Positions 51,995-64,000 of a stretch of DNA of 64,000 bases are shown in pieces. The DNA comes from Pecten maximus (taxonomy: Eukaryota): contig NC_047017.1 of the NCBI RefSeq assembly GCF_902652985.1, positions 28,582,001-28,646,000 on the forward strand, read 5' to 3'. Within the stretch, counting starts at the first letter, position 1; each line of letters opens with the position of its first letter. The notes below the pieces were generated by a model. That model saw only the letters and a program-made list of their open reading frames with translations. It was not told the origin of the DNA and did not search any database. Both the position numbers and the translations under genes were made by a program.

Positions 51995-54900
51995 ATGTCT
52001 TAGACATATAATCAACATGACTGTCACATTGTCTTATAGACAAATAACCAACAGGACTGTCACGTTGTCTTAGACATATAATCAACATGACTGTCACATT
52101 GTGTTAGACATATAACCAACAGGACTGTCACGTTGTCTTAGACATATAATATACAGGACTGTCACATTGTCTTAGACATATAATATACAGGACTGTCACA
52201 TTGTCTTAGGCATATAATCAACAAGACTGTCAAATTGTCTTAGACATATAATCAACAGGACTGTCACATTGTCTTAGATATATAATCAACAGGACTGTCA
52301 CATTGTCTTAGACATATAATATACAGGACTGTCACATTGTCTTAGGCATATAATCAACAAGACTGTCAAATTGTCTTAGACATATAATCAACAGGACTGT
52401 CACATTGTCTTAGACATATAATCAACAGGATTGTCACATTGTCTTAGACATATAATCAACAATACTGTCACATTGTCTTAGACATATAATCAACAAGACT
52501 GTCAAATTGTCTTAGACATATAATCAACATGACTGTCACATTGTCTTAGACATATAATCAACAGGACTGTCACATTGTCTTAGACATATAATCAACAAGA
52601 CTGTCACATTGTGTTATAGACATATACTCAACAGGACTGTCACATTGTCTTAGACATATAATCAACAGGACGGTCACATTGTCTTATAGACATATAATCA
52701 ACAGGACTGTCACATTGTGTTAGACATATAATCAACAGGACTGTCACATTGTGTTATAGACATAATCAACAGGATTGTCACATTGTCTTAGACATATAAT
52801 CAACAGGATTGTCACATTGTCTTAGACATATAATCAACAGGATTGTCACATTGTCTTATAGACATATAATCAACAGGACTGTCACATTGTCTTATAGACA
52901 TATAATCAACATGACTGTCACATTGTCTTATAGACATATAATCAACAAGACTGTCACATTGTCTTAGACATATAATATACAGGACTGTCACATTGTCTTA
53001 GACATATAATCAACAGGATTGTCACATTGTCTTAGACATATAATATACAGGACTGTCACATTGTCTTAGACATATACTCAACAGGACTGTCACATTATCT
53101 TATAGACATATAATCAACAGGACTGTCACATTGTCTTATAGACATATAATCAACATGACTGTCACACTGTGTTAGACATATAATCAACAGGACTGTCACA
53201 TTGTCTTAGACATATAATCAACAGGACCGTCACATTGTCTTAGATATATAATCAACAGGACTGTCACGTTGTCTTAGACATATAATATACAGGACTGTCA
53301 CATTGTCTTAGGCATATAATCAACAAGACTGTCAAATTGTCTTAGACATATAATCAACAGGACTGTCACATTGTCTTAGACATATAATCAACAGGATTGT
53401 CACATTGTCTTAGACATATAATCAACAGGACTGTCACATTGTCTTAGACATATAATCAACAAGGCTGTCAAATTGTCTTAGACATATAATCAACAGGACT
53501 GTCACATTGTCTTAGACATATAATCAACAGGACTGTCACATTGTGTTATAGACATATACTCAACAGGACTGTCACAGTGTCTTAGACATATAATCAACAG
53601 GATTGTCACATTGTCTTAGACATATAATCAACAGGACGGTCACATTGTCTTATAGACATATAATCAACAGGACTGTCACATTGTGTTAGACATATAATCA
53701 ACAGGACTGTCACATTGTGTTATAGACATAATCAACAAGATTGTCACATTGTCTTAGACATATAATCAACAGGATTGTCACATTGTCTTATAGAGATATA
53801 ATCAACAGGACTGTCACATTGTCTTAGACATATAATCAACAGGATTGTCACATTGTCTTATAGACATATAATCAACAGGACTGTCACATTGTCTTAGACA
53901 TATAATCAACAATACTGTCACATTGTCTTAGACATATAATCAACAAGACTGTCAAATTGTCTTAGACATATAATCAACATGACTGTCACATTGTCTTAGA
54001 CATATAATCAACAGGACTGTCACATTGTCTTAGACATATAATCAACAAGACTGTCACATTGTGTTATAGACATATACTCAACATGACTGTCACATTGTCT
54101 TAGACATATAATCAACAGGACGGTCACATTGTCTTATAGACATATAATCAACAGGACTGTCACATTGTGTTAGACATATAATCAACAGGACTGTCACATT
54201 GTGTTATAGACATAATCAACAGGATTGTCACATTGTCTTAGACATATAATCAACAGGATTGTCACATTGTCTTAGACATATAATCAACAGGATTGTCACA
54301 TTGTCTTATAGACATATAATCAACAGGACTGTCACATTGTCTTATAGACATATAATCAACATGACTGTCACATTGTCTTATAGACATATAATCAACATGA
54401 CTGTCACACTGTGTTAGACATATAATCAACAGGACTGTCACATTGTCTTAGACATATAATCAACAGGACCGTCACATTGTCTTAGATATATAATCAACAG
54501 GACTGTCACGTTGTCTTAGACATATAATATACAGGACTGTCACATTGTCTTAGGCATATAATCAACAAGACTGTCAAATTGTCTTAGACATATAATCAAC
54601 AGGACTGTCACATTGTCTTAGACATATAATCAACAGGATTGTCACATTGTCTTAGACATATAATCAACATGACTGTCACATTGTCTTAGACATATAATCA
54701 ACAAGACTGTCAAATTGTCTTAGACATATAATCAACAGGACTGTCACATTGTCTTAGACATATAATCAACAGGACTGTCACATTGTGTTATAGAAATATA
54801 CTCAACAGGACTGTCACAGTGTCTTAGACATATAATCAACAGGATTGTCACATTGTCTTAGACATATAATCAACAGGACGGTCACATTGTCTTATAGACA

Positions 54901-55745
54901 TATAATCAACAGGACTGTCACATTGTGTTAGACATATAATCAACAGGACTGTCACATTGTGTTATAGACATAATCAACAGGATTGTCACATTGTCTTAGA
55001 CATATAATCAACAGGATTGTCACATTGTCTTATAGAGATATAATCAACAGGACTGTCACATTGTCTTAGACATATAATCAACAGGATTGTCACATTGTCT
55101 TATAGACATATAATCAACAGGACTGTCACATTGTCTTAGACATATAATCAACAGGATTGTCACATTGTCTTAGACATATAATCAACAGGATTGTCACATT
55201 GTCTTATAGACATATAATCAACAGGACTGTCACATTGTCTTATAGACATATAATCAACATGACTGTCACATTGTCTTATAGACATATAATCAACAAGACT
55301 GTCACATTGTCTTAGACATATAATATACAGGACTGTCACATTGTCTTAGACATATAATCAACAGGATTGTCACATTGTCTTAGACATATAATATACAGGA
55401 CTGTTACATTGTCTTAGACATATACTCAACAGGACTGTCACATTATCTTATAGACATATAATCAACAGGACTGTCACATTGTCTTATAGACATATAATCA
55501 ACATGACTGTCACACTGTGTTAGACATATAATCAACAGGACTGTCACATTGTCTTAGACATATAATCAATAGGACCGTCACATTGTCTTAGATATATAAT
55601 CAATAGGACTGTCACATTGTTTTAGACATATAATCAACAGGACCGTCACATTGTGTTAGACATATAATCAACAGGACCGTCACATTGTCTTATAAACATA
55701 TACTCAACAGGACTATCACATTATCTTATAGACATATCATCAACA
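51995..55745. repeat. ~3.75-kb satellite of 34/36-bp units (TTGTCTTAGACATATAATCAACAGGACTGTCACA), about 108 units
   Basis: Continuous tandem array with recurring diagnostic variants. Confidence 0.97.
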
Positions 55746-56349
55746 AGTTATATAAAGAGTTTCCAAAGTTTAGGCCTTTATCATTACTGACAAGACTTGA
55801 AGGAGCAAACAGCCGTATAACGGTCTTTAAATCATTTTCTCGCCCATGTTTCTTACTCTGTTTTTAAGGTGCTAATACTTTGTTTGTCTTGTACAATCCT
55901 TAAAACCAACAACAGACAGTAGTGTCATATTGCATTGGAAGTAGTTACATTTTCCCTTTAATTGTGATTGGAACAGTATCACTGAAGTATTGAGTAAGTA
56001 TATAACACAGATTTCGGTTTGATTGACAGAGTAACACAGTACATCATTACAATTGTTCTGTATATCGATTAAGAATGATATTTTTCCCGGCGTCGATATT
56101 TCCCTCATATCTAAGCTCTCTGTTTATACGATATGTTTATTCCATGCATTATGGTTCTTTACATATTAATGAAGCTTAAATGAACCAATTAAAAATTCCA
56201 TGACTGATATACATCGAGAAGTTTAACACAGTTAATTCCTTAACAGCATTAATCACCAATTTATTCTATTGCTGGTCTTGTCTCTGTGTAAATAATATCT
56301 TTATACTGATTCTCTTTGCCATCATTATTCAATATTACACCAGTATGTT

Positions 56350-57880
56350 ACGATGGTCGACAAGAGCCTGGCAAAACGAAATGAAAAAACTGTAGCACTT
56401 TTTTTCATGGTACATTTTTTTCACATCTTTTTGTACCATTGTATGGTACAGAAAGATGTGAAAGCGGAGTTGAAATGAGTCAGTCGCTTTTGTATCTTTT
56501 TGTACAAAAAAGCGGCCGAAAACAGCCATGGTACAGAAACATATGAAACGGCCAGACATAAGGGTTACTGAGTTTGACAAATGACTCCCAGATAAAGCTG
56601 TCATCACATAGCCTGCCAATTAGTATCCGAAATGTCTAGCTACTGGATGATCCAATCGTCATGTATATTGATGTTGGGCTTGCAAAATGATCAGTTGTCT
56701 ATTTTAACTTTTAAATTACTTTTCATTTTAAAAACAACGTCTTTAATAATTTTTCCAGTGACGAATTATTTGTACTTACATTGTCAATGTATCCAGTCTG
56801 CCTCAACTTCTCGAGTAAAAGAAACTAAAGACACCTATGGGGTCCGTTTTGGGGAAATGGGACCATCAATTTTATTACGTAATAAAAACTTCTCGAGTAA
56901 AAGACACCGATGGGTTTCGTTATTACGCTTTTAGCAGTGAAACATCGAAAAGTAATCATTCTATAAAAGTGATATTTAATCAAAACCCTGCATACAAACG
57001 ACAATGGAAAAAGTTAAAAGATGATCCGGTATATTTTGCTATGAAAATGTAATAAACAGCATATCTAACAGCATCTTCAATAATACCAAATATGTTTCAC
57101 TCATGTGACTAATATTTTGATACTTTTCACGAATGCGCAAATATCGAAATATTAGCCCCACTCGTAAAATATAGTTGGTTTTACTGAAGACATCGAGGAA
57201 TATATATATTTTGTAAGACTATTAGAGAAATGCTGTAATATTTTTTCAATCGTTCAATTGTTTATCTCTAAAATAGAAATGACGACATTATACAAGTTTA
57301 ATTCAATAATTTTTAGCCCCTAAGGTACACCCCAATACTTACACTAAAGTTTCGACTCGATTTGTGTCCTCAGAAGTGATTAATAAACTTTGTAGCTTGT
57401 TGTGACGGTGTTATCAAACCTTTGCTATTCGGGGTCAGCCCTGATCATGGTGTTGGATAACGACATTCCGATGTTCTGATGGTACAGTTTTTTCACATCT
57501 TTTTGTACCACGGATGGTACAAAAAGATATGAAAAAACTGTAACATTTTTTTTCTTGGTACACTTTTTTCATATCTTTTTGTACCAAAAAATGGTACAAA
57601 AAGAAATAAAAAAGTGTAACGCGGTACAAAACCTTTCACATCATTTTGCCGGCTGATACCGGCTATTGGTACATAAACATGTGAATATAAGCTGTGTTTT
57701 TTCCTAAGTAGTTTATAATCTTTCTGTAACACATATAGTACAAAATGATTTGAATTTTCACATCTTTTTGTATCATGGTACACTTTTCTATGGTACAAAA
57801 AGATATGAAAAAACTGTACCATTGAAAAAAGTGTTACAGCTTTTTTCATTTAATTTTGCCAGGCTCTTGTCGGCCATCGT
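56350..57880. mobile_element. Non-autonomous TIR DNA transposon with an 8-bp target site duplication
   Basis: TIRs ACGATGGYCGACAAGAGCCTGGCAAAA extending imperfectly for about 90 bp; AGTATGTT at 56342-56349 and 57881-57888; subterminal TGGTACAAAAAG repeats; no transposase ORF. Confidence 0.85.
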
Positions 57881-58609
57881 AGTATGTTTATGAGAGTCAG
57901 AAAAAAAAATTGCCACTATTTCAATAGAAATGTGCAAATGGGCACTGTCCATCGTATTCCGTCTGTTGTCGTGCGCCTTTGAAATCATATGGGTCATTTC
58001 ACTATGCACTGTCTAATGTTTTGATAATGCATGCTTAGTAATGGTATAACCTCTTCACGGTACGATTAAATCATTTGATATTAAACATAACATGACTATT
58101 GTCGTTACAGTGTCCATTTAATATCTGAGTTTTCACCTGTCCGCCTAAAAGATTTATAAACTTGTCCGGAGTTCTGAGAACATTATAGTACCGGAAGTAA
58201 TTGTTGGTCCTCATGAAGAATACAATCTGCACGCATCTCAACTCTCATTATGTAAATAACAGCGTATCACTATCATGATTTGTTGAAGTATTCTTCTTAA
58301 ACAATTTGAAATGCTCAAGTATACTCACTTTTTTCGTCCGATAAATAATTTCTTTCATAAAGAAATAAAACGACAAATACTACCATTTCTCTTCTGTCGA
58401 CGATCTCTACTTTGGTCCACCGATTCCCCGATGAATGCCGTTACCCTGCTGGTAGACTCGAGTCCCCGAGCAATCCCGTTAACCTGTATGCTACGTTTAC
58501 AATTTAACGAATGATGGCGCCTGGTTAGAAAAGTGATTCATTTTCTTTTTAAATGATTTATTATGCACTAATCGCGACGATGATTTAACTGTAATATAAA
58601 GGTGTAATG

Positions 58610-58690
58610 AAAATGCCCTGTCCGCGCCGGAATTCGAACTAGCAACCTTTCCCTCTCAAGCCAAGCATCTTACTACTAGGCTGACAAATA
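58610..58690 (-). mobile_element. Degenerate tRNA-like SINE head
   Basis: Minus strand AGCCTAGTAG (A-box-like) and GTTCGAATTCC (B box). Confidence 0.4.
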
Positions 58691-61053
58691 ATTCTCGGTA
58701 GAATGAGCTATTAAGGTGATCTATACTCTTCACTTTTACACTACTGTATCCTTCACAAAGTCTGCGCCCATAAGACAACCACAACCCAGATTATTTAGCT
58801 CCCAGGAAGCCTCTCAATTTCCTGTAACTTTTATTGAGAACAGCACCAAACCTGTAATGGAAGGGAGACTTACAACAAAGTAATCCTACAGAAGAGTCAG
58901 CATCTACAACACATTATTGCTGACAAGACAAACATTCAATCACAATGATAAATAAGATAATAAATGGAAAATAAAGTCATTACAATGATAAATAATATAA
59001 TAAATGGAAAATAAATCAATTACAGTAATAAAAAGATAATAAATGGAAATCGAATTAATTACAATGATAGATAAGATAATAAATGGAAAATATAGAAGTA
59101 ACTTTATCAAATAACATAACAATGTATAACGAAATACACGTTATGCAAATTTAGTACCCAGCATAATAAATTAACACATGTAGGAATAGGTTAGTCTATT
59201 GGAGAACAGTTTACAATACTAGTTGTGAGTGTTTCTCGTGAGATCATATAAACAGGGGTTTATATATCACATTATAATTTGAAATATAGCATTAGCATTT
59301 TTGAAATATGATTGACTGTTGCCAGACGAAGTATGATGTATTCATAGGTTATTTTGTCACCAATGAGTAGTGTGACTAATTACACAATGTCTCCCGTGTA
59401 TTGATTTTACACCATAACTGATCTGGTACAGGTAGATTTACAACGGCACTGTAAAACTATATGGGTATATACCATACATTTGCCCACACTTATGACATAA
59501 TTCTATTTTTTTCCCGGAATGTTATAGACATACGATTAGTTTTGCTATTCTTTATACGGCTTCTCTGTTTTGAGGAATTTCATTAACAATTCCACAATAT
59601 GTGAAGAGCTAATTGAATTCTCACGAACCTAATATTAATCTGCATAAACCATGGTCACCATTCATTATTATTCATTACTATTAAGAACGAACCTTTTCTC
59701 CGGAACAAAATGCTTCTAAGTATACCAATTTCCTTTAGACATGTAATGTAATTTGTAATGACAACGATCTTAAGTTAGACGTCAGGTCATGTCTTTTATC
59801 AACATGTATTCTAAATTCTTATGTGTATTGTTTATTTACACCATATATTATTAAAAAAGGCAATGTGGTACGGAAATTTGGTATGTGAACAAATATATAT
59901 ATATATAAGCTACTGATTTTTGTGAAATCAGCATATGGCCATCGTCGGTCTATAGTCAATAGATATCGGTCTGATCCTAAGATGATCGTCATCGTCAAAT
60001 GAACATATGGACCATCGTCTTGATCCTGAGATAATCTTTGTCAAATCATCATATGGACCATTGTCCGTCTACTTTAAATGAATACCGGTCTCATCCTGAG
60101 ATGTTTGACTCTCTTTGTTAAACTTTATTTAAAAACACTATGATAGATTAAATCATATCAAGACAAAACTACTTATGATGACCTTGACAAGGCCGTTAGA
60201 CGATTACATACATCTATCAAGAGATATTCAAAACATTAAGAGTAAATAAAAACAAAAAATATCCAAGTCTAACTATTGTCGCCATAGTAATAAATGATAT
60301 AGTTATTGGCTGCAGGCAAAACATATACAATGTACCTCTATCTATATCTATATATAATGACGGCAATTAGGGTGGTCCTTACATGTATTTGACGTGATAT
60401 ATATATATATATATATATTAGTCCTTTCAGTTAAAATGCTTTATGACCATTGTTTTGATTTTCTACAGGAACAGTATCTAAGTCTAATTTGTTGACTAAG
60501 ACAGATAATCATTATCTGTAGGAAGGCGCTCAACTTTACTGTTTCGTTGTGGACTCGATATATAATATTTATTCGTATGCTTCTAAATTTGCGTTCCTTC
60601 TCGCATTTTCTCTTAATTTCTTTTTGTTGTCTCTTTCGCAATTTGTGAAATCATTTGTGATATGAACATCAAAAAGTGATTATGATGTTCTTGAACATTT
60701 TCGTTTTAATATCCGGAGAATACAGACAGATTAGGATAGTTCGTCTTTCAGCCATGGATTCATATTCCTCATTACAAACGTTTAACAACTCTTAACGATT
60801 TAACATAGTATAAAGAACAGGCTGCACATATCGATGTTAGCATTCATTAACTTTGATTTGGGATGGGTACTTGCTGAGATAAGATACAAAATTTAACTCA
60901 TGAGGTAGAAGTTACATTTGTTTTGCTAATTTGACAACATCCTAAAGGAGGTTTTAAGTATCGTGATCAGATTTAACATTAGCTCATTACTACCGGTGTG
61001 TACTTTACTTGATAAGATTAAGTCACCTGTCAGTGCTTAGTGCTTGAACACAG

Positions 61054-61145
61054 CCCCCGGTCATTCGTCACGTTACCTTACAAACGGCACGTGGAAGGGG
61101 TCCGGGAACAGGAAGTCACGAGACAGGAGGACAGGGGCTATATAA
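61054..61145 (+). promoter_or_regulatory. TATA promoter of Gly/Tyr-rich gene 2
   Basis: TATATAA at 61139, the same upstream motifs as gene 1, non-coding exon donor at 61181. Confidence 0.72.
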
Positions 61146-61413
61146 GGGCTGGAATCAAACATGAACCTCACACTAAGCTGGTAAGTTCTCATAGCGACAC
61201 ACCGATAGATCAGCATACTAGTCGTGTAACTACTTAATAACAAGTCGTTGGATATTTTAAGCAAAAAATCCAGTAGCAGTTATAAATGTTTAAGCATTAA
61301 TTTACTTGTTTTGGTGACTTATTTGAAAATATTACATTTAGAATCAATACTGATATATTTTTAAACATATATATTTTCTGAGTTTTTTTTTTTTTTTGTG
61401 TATTTCAGTCACC

Positions 61414-62318
61414 ATGAAGTCGTCCTCTGTCGCCCTCATCGCTATATGCCTTTGTCTCGGCGTGTCATGCGCACTAGGAGCCGGATACGGTTCCGATTAC
61501 ACTAGCTATGATACCTATGGAGGTATGGGAGGCGGATACAGCATGGGTTACGGAAGTGGCTACGGAAGTGGATACGGAAGTGGCTACGGAAGTGGATACG
61601 GAAGTGGATATGGAAGCGGATACGGCCACTCAAAGGGATACGGAAAGGGATACGTCTCCACCGAGACTATCATTAGACAACCCTACGTACCAATGACTCC
61701 CCCATTGCCACCACCAGTCAACAACAATGACGAAGGACTTTTTGGACTCGGTAGTTCTGGACTTCTGTGTAAGTGCTGATTAAATTATTTTAGTAAAATA
61801 ACACTGTTTATTTAACAGTTTATCTACTTCCGATAGAATCATTGTCAAATCATATACATAATACATTGATTGCCATCGCGTTTACTCGTTTAAGTAGCTT
61901 CTATCACTTCTACTATCGAATGTAAGGATTATTGAAGGCTTATTATCACCTTACTAGATACTCCCAAATTTCGGTCTTCTATTCTCTTGGAAGTGCCCGA
62001 TGAAATTTGTGACAACGGGTTTGGCAAATGACGCTTTCCCTTCATATCACATGTTATTCCCTTTCCCTACAATTCTTTCTATTATTTATATGTTGCCATC
62101 GTTTAAACCATTTCTATTAATATTACCAGTTTATTTGTTGCTGTTTATAACGTGTGTTTTCATTCATTTTCACAATTTTGTATTAACTGCATTACTTAAT
62201 TTATAATTAAAGGTATAATTTATGTCCATTCTGTGCAATCCTTCTATATTGTTTCCCTTTGTTTTCAGTGCTCGGTCTGCCCCTTCTCCTTCTCCTGAGG
62301 AACTCCAACTCCGGTTAA
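61414..62318 (+). CDS. Secreted Gly/Tyr-rich low-complexity protein, paralog 2, 134 aa; coding exons 61414-61768 and 62269-62318; 3' UTR exon from 63056
   Basis: Signal peptide, (GYGS)n, YVSTETII, Pro-rich segment, identical hydrophobic tail; exon structure identical to paralog 1; ATTAAA at ~63127. Confidence 0.88.
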
Positions 62319-64000
62319 ACTCCTGACGTTAACACTCATTACTGTAGAAGCAACTCTGTGATGTAAGTATATCAATTTATCAATAATTTGTAAGAATAAA
62401 AATCCGTTGTTACTTAAGTTAAAGAGGCTATTTCCTTTCCCCTCGCTAACGTTGTGATATTCTTTACGATCGCTAACCAATGAGTGGTTAAACTTGACTG
62501 CGAACAGTCATTTTGTTTTATCTGGTCTTAAGTACAACAGAAAATTCATAAAGTTCTAGTTAACAATTTGATTTGTCTGGCCTTTAATACAGCGAAATAA
62601 TCCCTATAGTTTTAGCTAGTAGTTTATTTTGTCAGGCTAGGAAAGCATCCATATCGTTTTAGTTAATAATTTTAGTCTGGTCTCTAATGCAACAGAAAAA
62701 GTTTGTCTGGTTAGAGATAGATCCATATTGCTTAACTTAATAATTTGTTTTGTCTGGCTATTAGTACTATTGAGCAATCTACATAGTTTCTCTCTGCCAT
62801 TTAGTATTACAGATTTTATGTCAATAATTTGTTGTGTTGGGCGTTTAGGAACTGCTGATAAATTCACATCGTGAACTAACTAATTTATTTTACCTTGTTT
62901 TCTATATAGACGTATAAGTTGTTATCAAGTCTTTCATTTTCATCTTCCGGGACCTTTTGTTAAATTATATACATGATTTTATGAATATACTAAATATGCT
63001 AATTGGAATACTTTGTATTCATTACTGTTAAAACTATATTTACTTTTCTTTTCAGATATCGCGCAATACCAGTTACCAGTTCGTCTGTGTGGACATTATT
63101 TGTATGTTTGTGTTATTGTTATGTTGATTAAAAACTTAAAGAAAAATGTACTCTTTGATTGGTATTTTTAACTTGGCTACTGAGAAATTACGTCAATGCA
63201 AAACGCAAATCAGGTAACATAGATAAAAACCGTCCGGGATATGTCACGTGACAAGACAGAATGACTGGATATAACGTCATTTTGATGATTGTGCCTGTAG
63301 TTATACTATCATTTGACAAGAAACAGAGTCTGAATGAGACGTCAGCTTTATAACTGTACCAGTAATTTTACTTTCAAATAAGAAGACAGAATGGCATGAG
63401 ATGATGTCATGTTGATAATTGTTCCTGTAGTTACACTATAACATGTAAAGACAGAATAACCGGAGGTGACGTCATGTTTATTATTGTACCGGTAATTATG
63501 ATATCACATGAAAACACAGTATAACAAAATCCTCTATTCATGACATCAAATTATCTCTTTTCCGCTGATAATATAGTGAAAGGTTTGTTTCGCTTAGACA
63601 TTTGATTTTTTTTATATAGCAATAAACAACATTTTGGTTATATATAATTATGATTATTTATCAAAGGGTATACATGTACCTATTTCGTTTACTCCCAGGT
63701 CATAAATATTTTATGAAATCAAATCATTGATGCTGTTCCGTCTTTCATCATGTTTTCCCCTCCCGATATCCACTTATGAAGTCTGTCTACACTAAAAAGG
63801 AGGACAAACCCGTAATATTTTTCTGCTTACAGTTCATCTTCTTTTTTCTACATCTAAAATATTCAACTATCCCCTCCCATTTAAATGTCTTATTATAAAC
63901 AATATATAATTTAGACAAAATATTTCTCAGTGTGACATTCAACTTATATAAAACAAACGAAGACTGAGCAGCTGCTATCCCATTTTCATGTAAAGTTACT

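Noticed and set aside
51995-55745. CRISPR-like appearance of the 33-48-bp arrays here and elsewhere in the window
   Set aside because: Units are head-to-tail with no unique spacers, there are no cas genes, and the context is eukaryotic.

Overview
AT-rich eukaryotic genomic DNA with spliceosomal introns, most likely a bivalve mollusc (inferred from the repeat families and gene content, not proven). Six intron-containing protein genes can be built by hand. (1) An SLC46/PCFT-like MFS transporter (minus, 1483-6022). (2,3) Two intact tandem ERH (enhancer of rudimentary) paralogs, about 79% identical in protein (minus, 16024-17934 and 21738-23348); both candidate ATG-only first exons (23654-23656 and 24316-24318) lie upstream of both gene bodies. 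(4) SLC39A9/ZIP9, head-to-head with ERH (plus, 24748-36627). (5,6) Two paralogous small Gly/Tyr-rich proteins with a signal peptide and hydrophobic C-tail (plus, 50725-51398 and 61414-62318). The rest is LINE and Penelope relics, tRNA-derived SINEs, pearl/HINE-like non-autonomous elements, a TIR element with an 8-bp TSD, hairpin MITEs and many minisatellites. Most striking: the end of ZIP9 exon 5 together with its splice donor has been amplified into 35 near-identical, in-frame, stop-free 5' splice sites. The ERH duplication may also work as one promoter/start codon feeding two alternative whole gene bodies. All coordinates were read by eye; none of the splicing claims is backed by transcript data.
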